Shown here piece after piece: positions 11,961 to 22,219 of a stretch of 64,000 nt of DNA. Numbering within the stretch: the first letter of the stretch is position 1; each line of letters begins with the position of its first letter. A program made the translations under genes and the position numbers. The notes beneath the pieces were generated by a model that worked only from the letters and a program-made list of their open reading frames with translations, did not search any database and was not told the DNA's origin. Origin of the DNA: Rhynchobatus australiae (lineage: Eukaryota); contig JAUZTB010000064.1 in NCBI GenBank assembly GCA_034780895.1, positions 54,197,657 through 54,261,656 on the forward strand, in the 5' to 3' direction.

Positions 11961-14859
11961 AATCATCATATTACACATACACAATGATTTAAAAATTGGG
12001 AAAATATGGAAAAATCAATAATTATTGGCAGTGAGCAGTTGCAAATGCAGTGGGGAGTATGATCAGAGTGGTTGAAGGCAGTGATCTTGGGAATGAAGAA
12101 GCACACTTACTCTCTCTGGCTCCTCATTTCTTCAGTAAATAGCTCAGCCGCACCTTTAAATTNNNNNNNNNNNNNNNNNNNNNNNNNNNNNNNNNNNNNN
12201 NNNNNNNNNNNNNNNNNNNNNNNNNNNNNNNNNNNNNNNNNNNNNNNNNNNNNNNNNNNNNNNNNNNNNNNNNNNNNNNNNNNNNNNNNNNNNNNNNNNN
12301 NNNNNNNNNNNNNNNNNNNNNNNNNNNNNNNNNNNNNNNNNNNNNNNNNNNNNNNNNNNNNNNNNNNNNNNNNNNNNNNNNNNNNNNNNNNNNNNNNNNN
12401 NNNNNNNNNNNNNNNNNNNNNNNNNNNNNNNNNNNNNNNNNNNNNNNNNNNNNNNNNNNNNNNNNNNNNNNNNNNNNNNNNNNNNNNNNNNNNNNNNNNN
12501 NNNNNNNNNNNNNNNNNNNNNNNNNNNNNNNNNNNNNNNNNNNNNNNNNNNNNNNNNNNNNNNNNNNNNNNNNNNNNNNNNNNNNNNNNNNNNNNNNNNN
12601 NNNNNNNNNNNNNNNNNNNNNNNNNNNNNNNNNNNNNNNNNNNNNNNNNNNNNNNNNNNNNNNNNNNNNNNNNNNNNNNNCAAGCAATAGCTACTCAAAC
12701 ACAGCAGGCTGCAATAATGCTAGCAGGCAGGTTAGTTCAAGCCTTTGGTAAAATTAAATCCTGGTAGTGCCAATGAACATGAAAGGAACCTGTATCCAGA
12801 ATTCATACTGGTTTCCCAACTAATGCACAGTGCAGCTGTGCTCCCAGTGGCAAGGACAATTAGGTGGATCCTATAATCTGTTTTTAATGTGTTTGAAATG
12901 GTGCCTAAAGAAATCTTGTTTTTTCTATACCTGTATGTCTTTTTTGAGGGCCTGAGGCTGTACTGCTATTTGACAAGTGCACTAACAGAATTGGTGATTA
13001 AATTGGCATGTATTAAATAGTATAATTTGTTTATTTTAACCCATCGAGTCTTTAATGTCCTCTGCCATTAATAGATTAGGAGGTGAACCGATGTCTTCCA
13101 CTGCCTTCTGTCGATGCCATAATATTAGATACCACTGAATGAAGTAACAACCATTTAATACACTATGCTGGCATAAAATGGCAATTACATCTTGGGTGAA
13201 CAGAAATAAGTTTAAAAATATTGTGGCTTTCTTTGCTTAGTTTGGATTGATACCAGCAGTGAAAAAGCAACACAAGTATATGCTTTATTATTCTTCATAT
13301 TTGTCTAGTGTCCCAACCTGCAAAAACAAACATGTCAATGCTGTTGAGCAACATTGAGAATGTTAATAATTTGACATCATCAATGAAAAAATTGTTGAAC
13401 ATCAGCTCAGCAATTGTGATAGAGCTGGAAAGCAGCAAAACATTCAAAGCAGACCTCACAAAACAAAANNNNNNNNNNNNNNNNNNNNNNNNNNNNNNNN
13501 NNNNNNNNNNNNNNNNNNNNNNNNNNNNNNNNNNNNNNNNNNNNNNNNNNNNNNNNNNNNNNNNNNNNNNNNNNNNNNNNNNNNNNNNNNNNNNNNNNNN
13601 NNNNNNNNNNNNNNNNNNNNNNNNNNNNNNNNNNNNNNNNNNNNNNNNNNNNNNNNNNNNNNNNNNNNNNNNNNNNNNNNNNNNNNNNNNNNNNNNNNNN
13701 NNNNNNNNNNNNNNNNNNNNNNNNNNNNNNNNNNNNNNNNNNNNNNNNNNNNNNNNNNNNNNNNNNNNNNNNNNNNNNNNNNNNNNNNNNNNNNNNNNNN
13801 NNNNNNNNNNNNNNNNNNNNNNNNNNNNNGCTGGGGCTACAGTGGGAGATTGCAGGAAGCTCCATGGAAATTCTAACATAAACATGGCAAAATTTCCAGA
13901 ATGCATCTCACAGCAAACAACTCCTCTTCAAATATATCAGCATCAGCCATGCTTGCTAGTGTGACTCATTCCTTTCTCATGTCATGTGTGGCCATATGTA
14001 TTTCTGACCACATTATTACCACATTCAATAGCTCTATAAGTAATAACAGGCTATCTGTACAAATATGTGACTGGTGCAAATTTTCAAGATATTTTTACCG
14101 TCTCATGAAAGGTGCATTTAAAGGTCATTTTATCGAAAAGGATTATTTCTTTATTTTTTCTACTCTTATCTTAAGCTCACAGATGTATTAAACCCATTAG
14201 TCTTGAAGCTCAAAAGAGTGTCTACATTACCTCTTTCAGAGTCCACACATATTTCATCGAAACATAGCTGGATTGTTTATTGCATTTTTAATGTATCCTT
14301 CGTTTCCTAAGATCCTCACCTTAAACTGTCACTGATCTTCAGCCCAGACAAAAAGCCAAGGGAACTGCAGATTCCTTTATCAGGTAATTTGTTTCTGTCT
14401 CGGCTGAGAATGCCGCACATGCATTGAATAAATTGGTAAGCTGCATTTTTCAAATTTGGCAAGGGAAGGAAGAAGTGTACACGCTAGCTCCAGTTCAGTC
14501 CTTTTCTACAAGAAACATTAGAGTATCAGCTAGTGCAAAGAAATCAATGAAAATAACAAATGCTCCTGATTACTTTTAAATTGATCTCAGTGTTTAACTG
14601 AATAAGAACTATTGCAAAGAGTAATGTTGGAGGTGGTCAAAATTCACTGCATACAAATCCACGAGCAGTTCCATCTGATCAAGGTGGAAGAGTAATGAGT
14701 AATGTGTTTAATGATCAGACAAGAATCTGTACATTTTTCATTATAGTATCTATGGATATATAATTGCTTTCATGTGAAGCTGTGCACACATTGCAACAAA
14801 ATGGAAAGCAGGATTGGGGGTTGAATTGGATAGCTCCCAAAATGGGCACAAGGATGGAG

Positions 14860-15400
14860 ACACAGAATTAAGCTCTACCCATATCCTCTGATGCAGTCAG
14901 AATGACAACGTCATGCTGCTTTCTTAGGCAGCCAGTGGCAACCTGAACATTGAGCAGCTGATCATTTCAGCAGGGAGCCAATACCATGAGAAAGTCGCAG
15001 CACTAATCTGCACCATCTAAAGCCAACCTCCAGTTCCTAAAGGGAAGGAGCACTGTGGCTGCATCTTCATGACTCTATATGGGAGTCATCAAGCTTCAGA
15101 TCTTCCAGCACTGCACCTGGAGGCCTTGGAGGAGATGAGATGTGTGCTATCCACAGGGGGCCNNNNNNNNNNNNNNNNNNNNNNNNNNNNNNNNNNNNNN
15201 NNNNNNNNNNNNNNNNNNNNNNNNNNNNNNNNNNNNNNNNNNNNNNNNNNNNNNNNNNNNNNGAAGGCCTGCCAATCAGAATTTCCAAAGGCAGTGGAAT
15301 CAAACAGGTGAGGCAGCCAATGGCAAGAATCAAGACCTGACCTGGAGACAGTGCTGCAAAACGGTTGGTATCTTCACACTCTTGCTCAGTGTTAGTGAAT
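14860..15400 (+). mobile_element. PIF/Harbinger-like remnant with Myb/SANT-like ORF fragment
   Basis: LHLEALEE...DVCYPQG-[gap]-RPANQNFQRQWNQTGEAANGKNQDLTWRQCCK fits the MSANTD/NAIF1-type pattern (LEALV..V..RR.VLYP...W..VA..V...RTW.QCRK). Confidence 0.55.
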
Positions 15401-15569
15401 GCATCATCAAGTGTCATGTACCAGCCACTGGGTAGGCACCGTGGTCAGCAGGGTCTGCATTGTTCTATGATTCTATGACTGCTCAATATACCACTCCATC
15501 CCAAATCTACCAGCAAACTCACATCTCACAGTTTTCATACACAAGATACTTAATTAGACACTTGGTGAA

Positions 15570-15843
15570 TATAGGGCTGGAGGAGATTCTATGGATTCGT
15601 AATTAAAATCTAAAAGTTAAAAAATTAAAATTTAGGTGCTGAATAATGAGGCGTCAAAGATCAGTAGGCACAGAGGTGAAGGGGGAACAATATTTAGTGA
15701 AACTCAGAATAATGGCAGCAAAGTTCTAAATGACAAAGTAGGACACGAAGGCTGGCCAGGAGTGCATTCAAATAGTCAAATTTAAAGATGAAGTTAGTAG
15801 CAGATGGACAGAGGCAGGGTACTGACTAGCGATATTATAGAGT
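15570..15843 (-). mobile_element. L2 LINE ORF2 fragment
   Basis: GGCCAGGAGTGCATTCAAATAGTCAAAT is the reverse complement of the L2-type LDY.NALLA motif. Confidence 0.6.
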
Positions 15844-16170
15844 GAGATAGGCTTTTCAACCTAACAAGTCCACATCAACCATCAAGCACTCATTTTTACA
15901 CTAATCTCAAACCCATTTTATTCTCACATTCCCATCAACTCCTCCCAGATTCTACCATACATCCACATAATGGGACAATTATAGCTGCCAATTAACCATC
16001 CAACCTACACATCTTTGGGACATGAAAGGAAACCAGGCCACTGAGTGGAAACCCACGCAGTTACAGGGAGAACGTGCAAACACCACACAGAGAGCACCAA
16101 AGATCAGGATTGTGACCCAGGTCACTGGAGCTGAGAGGCAGCAGCTCTACTAGCTACACCATGGTACTGC
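15844..16170 (-). mobile_element. Older V-SINE with CR1-like tail
   Basis: tRNA-like head and V-domain on the minus strand; homologous to 52304-52644. Confidence 0.8.
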
Positions 16171-16444
16171 CATAATGAAGCTGGAAAAAGGTAGTCTTGT
16201 TGATGGTGTCNNNNNNNNNNNNNNNNNNNNNNNNNNNNNNNNCAAAAGATTCTTCCATTCTGCATTTCTTGAGGAAGGCTTATGTAATATGTCCTATATT
16301 GACATTACTAAGGCTTTAAGATTAATAGAAACCATATTTAAATGTTTCCATACAAACGATAGACCTTGCTGAAAGAACTCATTATCCAGTCCCTTTCCCT
16401 CATTCTTCCTCCTTCTGCTTTTAAATTTTTTTTAAACTTTAAAC

Positions 16445-16630
16445 TTTATTTATACAGCACGGTAACAGGCCCTTCCAGCCCAATGAGCCCGTGCCGCAAT
16501 TACAACCATGATAACCTACTAACCCGTACATCTCTGGAATGTGGGAGGAAACTAGAGCAACCAGAGGAAACCCACGTAGTCACGGGGAGAACATACAAAC
16601 TCCTTACACCAAATGCTATGCTACTATGCC
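16445..16630 (-). mobile_element. V-SINE (HE1-like) with CR1-type tail, head partly deleted
   Basis: V-domain GGAATGTGGGAGGAAAC...GGAGAACATACAAACTCC; tail on the minus strand GGGCTGGAAGGGCCTGTTACCGTGCTGTAT. Confidence 0.8.
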
Positions 16631-19600
16631 ACGCTATGAGCACTGAGGGTGCTGCACCAGTGAAATTGCTGCATTTCATACAAACTTAAACTAAGCTCCT
16701 TTTGCCTTTTCATGTAGATCCAAAAGATTCCATTAAGCTATTTCCAAAAGCATGGAAGTTCTCTCCAGTGCTCTTACAATATTTATGTTTCAGCCAAGAC
16801 CTCTGAACAGACAATCTGATCATGTGAAATCTTGCTGTGGAGAAATTAGCTTTATGCTTCCTACATAGTATTGAGATTAAATCAAAGGCATCTCTTTGGT
16901 TGTTCAATGTTTGGATCATTCTGAGTTCTGAGCATCATGGTACATAGAAGATCCTTTCTTCTTTGATTTATCCATTCCATGAATCGCAGTTTGATGATTG
17001 TAATGTCGAGTTTGTTTCTCTTGCTTTGTATCAAACATTTGCAATTGACTAAGAAAAACACAATGGACATGGACTCGATAAAACGTTTCTGGGAAGAGTA
17101 TTTTGCAATGTTTATAGCAGTTTATTAATGCTTTTTCATTAACCAGTGTTCATGAATTTTAATTTCCATTTCTGAAAATAAATTTTGTAAGGTGCACTTA
17201 AAGTTTTGTTTTCATAGCACCTCAAATACAATCTTTTATCATGCATGTTTTACATGATGAAAGAAACCTTTGTCAAGGATAGCAACAAGCTCCAGGCCAT
17301 TGTGCAGACTTCAGAACGTTTTCTTGTCAATAGTCCAACACAACTGCCAGTTTCAGGTCAGCAAGACCAAGCTCTGTCAAGTGTAGCAAAATCATCTGCA
17401 GCAAGCACCTAAAATAGGGATGACACTACACATGGTGGGAAATGTTACTGCTGCCCTCAATTATTGCACCTAAGATATACATCCAAATAGCACTGCAATT
17501 TCAGACTCTTTACTGTTCACATATCCATCAAAAGGATATGCAGCAGACTTCTTGGATTATTTAAATATCCTATGAAGTCAGGATGCGACTCCAGTAGTGT
17601 GATTGAAGTCAAGCATACAACAATTTTAAGACTATTTTCTCCAAGACTTCAGAGCTGACAATTTAGTGTGGATAAGTTAATTAAACTGTTGAGAAAGACA
17701 CAAAGCTTATGATGGAGATTTAAAACTTGGGAATCCGAGGAGTTTTATATGAAAGCTGCAAGCATTTTTGTATGGTACCATTGATCTATTCATTNNNNNN
17801 NNNNNNNNNNNNNNNNNNNNNNNNNNNNNNNNNNNNNNNNNNNNNNNNNNNNNNNNNNNNNNNNNNNNNNNNNNNNNNNNNNNNNNNNNNNNNNTATAGG
17901 GACATCACTCTCTGAAGATTAAGAGCAGAATTATTCTGCCTGCAGGTGTAACACTTATATTTATAAAAGATTCTTGCATAGTACTGAAGATTTGCCCATT
18001 TCGCTGACTTCATTTCATTCCTGAGAAAATGCTCCCATTATTTTCGTCAATGAAGAAGATAAAAATGAAGGCAAAGTACACAACCAGGAGAATTTTTTGT
18101 ACTTTCTTTGCAAGAACCCTGAATTATATATTATTGGAACTTTTTATAAAATCCAGTGAGGTAGAATCGGATGGAGCTGTAAAACATCCTGGAATCACAA
18201 TGTACAAATAACTTGTTTCCTGTTGACCTTGGCACATAAGTGCCCCCAAAACATGTTCTCACCTCCTTAATGTGATTGTTGTCACCATCTAGGTCCAACA
18301 GCACTGTTTATTACATTAGCATTCACTCATGTGATACAATTTTGTGAGTGACCAGTTCCAGTTAAATCTAGCAAGCAACTGATTGATTTTCTGTCTGTTT
18401 ATAAAGGGGATGTTCTCATTGCCACCAACCACTATCAGAACTCATTCCATAGATTTGGGAAGGCTGGAGGAAACCAGAATGTAACAGGACAGAGAGCAGA
18501 TGTCCCAGTTTTCCAATAAGATAGAAAAAATGTGTTCTCTTCACGAGAAGCCAATCATATTCATAATGAAGTGCAGTGGAAGGATGTCAATTCCAAGTCA
18601 ATATGAGAAACATCCAAGTCATAGATGCAATGTTAAACAACATTTATTGAACTTTCACACTTGGTTAAGGTATCTTTCCATAACTACAGCATTCACTAAA
18701 TTTCCATCACTCCCCTAATAACAGTCTTTATGACCCATATCTAACATTCATGTGNNNNNNNNNNNNNNNNNNNNNNNNNNNNNNNNNNNNNNNNNNNNNN
18801 NNNNNNNNNNNNNNNNNNNNNNNNNNNNNNNNNNNNNNNNNNNNNNNNNNNNNNNNNNNNNNNNNNNNNNNNNNNNNNNNNNNNNNNNNNNNNNNNNNNN
18901 NNNNNNNNNNNNNNNNNNNNNNNNNNNNNNNNNNNNNNNNNNNNNNNNNNNNNNNNNNNNNNNNNNNNNNNNNNNNNNNNNNNNNNNNNNNNNNNNNNNN
19001 NNNNNNNNNNNNNNNNNNNNNNNNNNNNNNNNNNNNNNNNNNNNNNNNNNNNNNNNNNNNNNNNNNNNNNNNNNNNNNNNNNNNNNNNNNNNNNNNNNNN
19101 NNNNNNNNNNNNNNNNNNNNNNNNNNNNNNNNNNNNNNNNNNNNNNNNNNNNNNNNNNNNNNNNNNNNNNNNNNNNNNNNNNNNNNNNNNNNNNNNNNNN
19201 NNNNNNNNNNNNNNNNNNNNNNNNNNNNNNNNNNNNNNNNNNNNNNNNNNNNNNNNNNNNNNNNNNNNNNNNNNNNNNNNNNNNNNNNNNNNNNNNNNNN
19301 NNNNNNNNNNNNNNNNNNNNNNNNNNNNNNNNNNNNNNNNNNNNNNNNNNNNNNNNNNNNNNNNNNNNNNNNNNNNNNNNNNNNNNNNNNNNNNNNNNNN
19401 NNNNNNNNNNNNNNNNNNNNNNNNNNNNNNNNNNNNNNNNNNNNNNNNNNNNNNNNNNTGTGATCAGCTACAATTTCACACATACAGTATCACTCCAAGG
19501 CTCTCAGAATGCCATCAGCTAGGAAGTTTCAGAGCTTTGACACTATAAGAGATAAATGCTGACTTCCAGGCCAGGCTCAGCTAGTAAGCTCAGCTGGCAG

Positions 19601-19688
19601 CTTTCCTAGCCTAAAATCAGTAGAAGCTGCATTCACAAGTCCACTGGAGTCCACTAGTGCAGCACAGGGGCACATGGCAGCAGAGGAG

Positions 19689-19800
19689 ATGGGGCAGAAT
19701 ATGAAGCTGCCACTTTAAACCTGTGCTGGTGCTAGACTGTGCGATTTCCATGAAGAAATCCATCTGAAGTTCTGGCACTGACACAGAAGATCTGCCCCAT
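19689..19800. mobile_element. Short palindromic MITE-like element
   Basis: Perfect 10-bp terminal inverted repeat ATGGGGCAGA/TCTGCCCCAT, imperfect internal inverted arms, and a central GATTTC/GAAATC pair. Confidence 0.5.
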
Positions 19801-19839
19801 TTTTGTTGAAACTACTGTCAGCTCAATAAGTGAAATTCA

Positions 19840-20090
19840 AGGACGGTAATATTCTCTCACACTTCTAACTTGTGACTTTCAGATAGTGGAAAGGCTTTGA
19901 GAATCAGGAATTGAAACTTTCACCACAAAATACCACCCTCTTAAATGCTCTTGCAGACACCTTAATTATGTATCAGGTAAGCTCCAGATCAATGATGAAC
20001 CACTGGATGTTGATGACAGAGGAAATGACAAGCATAGTGCTACTGTATATTAAAAGTAATTGGTTAGAATCATTGTCTAGCACTTAGAAT
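19840..20090 (-). mobile_element. Ancient CR1/L2-group LINE ORF2 fragment
   Basis: Decayed similarity to a recalled chondrichthyan LINE; probably the same family as 51915-52175. Confidence 0.5.
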
Positions 20091-20538
20091 CCGTACATCC
20101 ATTCGTGAACAATATCCTTCATCACCATTCCAATTTGAATTTTACAAGAAGAATACTTACCTACTCTTAGTACAGACCTGTTTCAATCTTTTATATTATT
20201 GATGTTATATGTTATATGACTCTGGATTAAATGACAGGAAGGAAATATACCTTATGAAGTAATAAACTAAACAAGGGGAGCTTATAATAGAATCAGCTGA
20301 TAAGCAAATGAACCATCCCTGCCAAAAATGACACAGTTTCAGAGATGTATCCTTGCCTATGGTACAATGAAATGTATGAAAGTCTTATTGATTATGAACA
20401 TTTCCAGGTGGCTATAATGATTTTATTACTGATTCCATTTATATTTTGTTAGTGTTTGCTCTAATTCTCCATAGTATGTACAATAGCCAAATATATTACT
20501 AAAATAAGATTAAAAATGATTCACTGTAATGACAGTGA

Positions 20539-20664
20539 ATCTACTATCAGTAAAATGATCCCTTTTAGGACAAGTTTTGAGTCTACACCCACAATGAGGA
20601 GCTCAAGGCATAGCTTGTCAAACTTCTCTGGAGTAAACTTGTTCAAAATGCCTCTGACTTCCCT
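20539..20664 (-). pseudogene. EIF4G2: EIF4G2 (DAP5/p97/NAT1) MIF4G-domain fragment, 42 codons, isolated
   Basis: Translation REVRGILNKFTPEKFDKLCLELLIVGVDSKLVLKGIILLIVD versus recalled human RKVRGILNKLTPEKFDKLCLELLNVGVESKLILKGVILLIVD (36/42 identical). Homology stops abruptly at both ends, and no other EIF4G2 segment was seen. 20771-20805 repeats 20636-20670 across a 100-N gap. Confidence 0.85.
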
Positions 20665-21274
20665 CTGACANNNNNNNNNNNNNNNNNNNNNNNNNNNNNN
20701 NNNNNNNNNNNNNNNNNNNNNNNNNNNNNNNNNNNNNNNNNNNNNNNNNNNNNNNNNNNNNNNNNNNNNNAACTTGTTCAAAATGCCTCTGACTTCCCTC
20801 TGACAAAGATCAGGTAGGTTTCCACATTAATCTTTAGCCAATGATATTATCTTGTTCTTCAGATTTTGTTTTAATCTGTACTTTTGCTCCCACTCATTGC
20901 TTCAAAGCTGACAGATCATTTTAAAGGTTCTGTTATAGCACAGTTTGGTTGCACAATGCAGCTGATTGCTTTAGCTGACCAATACAATTTATGGTGTCAT
21001 TTCATTTTGATTTGGAGCCAATATATCTTAGTCCATTCAGCAACAAACATTTGATCATCATGATAGGATGAAACATTCATTTTCAGTAATCTATCACAGG
21101 ACCAAGAATAAAATATGAGAACAAAGTACTGAAACCTTAAGAATTCAATATTCTAAATTCATCTTGTACAATTAGTTGCACAGAAGCCAGGATATTGAGA
21201 TGAAATTGGTCCTGATATCACTGGGAAAATGATTGGTTGAAGGCCTTGTAAGACTTTTCATGTGATCCTGAAGG

Positions 21275-21705
21275 CATTTGTAGAGGGTGTATGCTATTGA
21301 GGACATCTTCAAAAGGTGGTGCCTAAAAAAGGTAGCATCTTACTACCTTTGTGGAGCAGGTACAGGAGCCTGAAGACCCACACTCAACATTTCAGGAACA
21401 GCTTCTTCCCNNNNNNNNNNNNNNNNNNNNNNNNNNNNNNNNNNNNNNNNNNNNNNNNNNNNNNNNNNNNNNNNNNNNNNNNNNNNNNNNNNNNNNNNNN
21501 NNNNNNNNNNCTCAACATTTCAGGAACAGCTTCTTCCCCTCCGCCATCAGATTTCTGAACAGTCCATGAACCCATGAACACTTTTCCTCTTTTGTACTAA
21601 TTTATTTTTGTAACTTGTAGCAATTTTTGTCTTTATGTCTTGCTGTCACAAAACAACAAATTTCATGACATATGTCAGTGATGATAAACCTGATTCTGAT
21701 TCATT
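21275..21705 (+). mobile_element. Rex1/Babar LINE 3' fragment
   Basis: RYRSLKTHTQHFRNSFFPSAIRFLN C-terminus and a tail ending GATAAACCTGATTCTGATTC. Confidence 0.8.
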
Positions 21706-22219
21706 TATACAAGGCTAGAAATCAGCAAGTATTTGTTTTCTGTGTTCCTGCTGTCAGGAAGGATGGAATTCAGAGTGTACTCTATTATTTAAAAGGCTGC
21801 AAAAGCTGGAATACCCTCATGTATAAGGTACAGGGATAACTTTGCTACCTTATGTTCCAGGTGAGGGACCTTGCTTGCTAAAAGCCCACAATGGAAATTC
21901 AGGTGCATTCTGTCCACAATTTCGCAACCATTTGAAACCATTTGAATGAATCTGATTATGTTAGAAATTGGTGATTATATACTTTCTTCTTTGTTGAGAC
22001 ATTTTAAATGGTCAGAGATTTCCTCACAACTATTCCTGCCATAACTGGAAGCTCCTATGTGTTTCAACAGGAAGTGATTAATGCTTGAAGCTCCTGGAAA
22101 ATCAAAGTTAAGTCAAAAAATTATAATGCCAGGTTTTCTGATACCTATTAAAATAAAAGAAGCCCTCTCTTCAGAAGGGCTGCATAGAGCAACTTTTCAA
22201 TTAGGTGATGTTCAAAATC

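Noticed and set aside
13308-13468. Open frames on both strands before a gap, after an acceptor-like TTGTCTAG
   Set aside because: Peptide not recognised, and any donor is hidden in the gap; cannot be supported as an exon.
14312-14383. Possible 72-nt plus-strand exon (DPHLKLSLIFSPDKKPRELQIPLS)
   Set aside because: Weak AAG acceptor, unrecognised peptide and no partner exons.
20521-20806. Functional EIF4G2 gene or tandem exon duplication
   Set aside because: No other EIF4G2 exons seen, no good donor, substitutions at conserved sites; the second copy is a gap-flank overlap.
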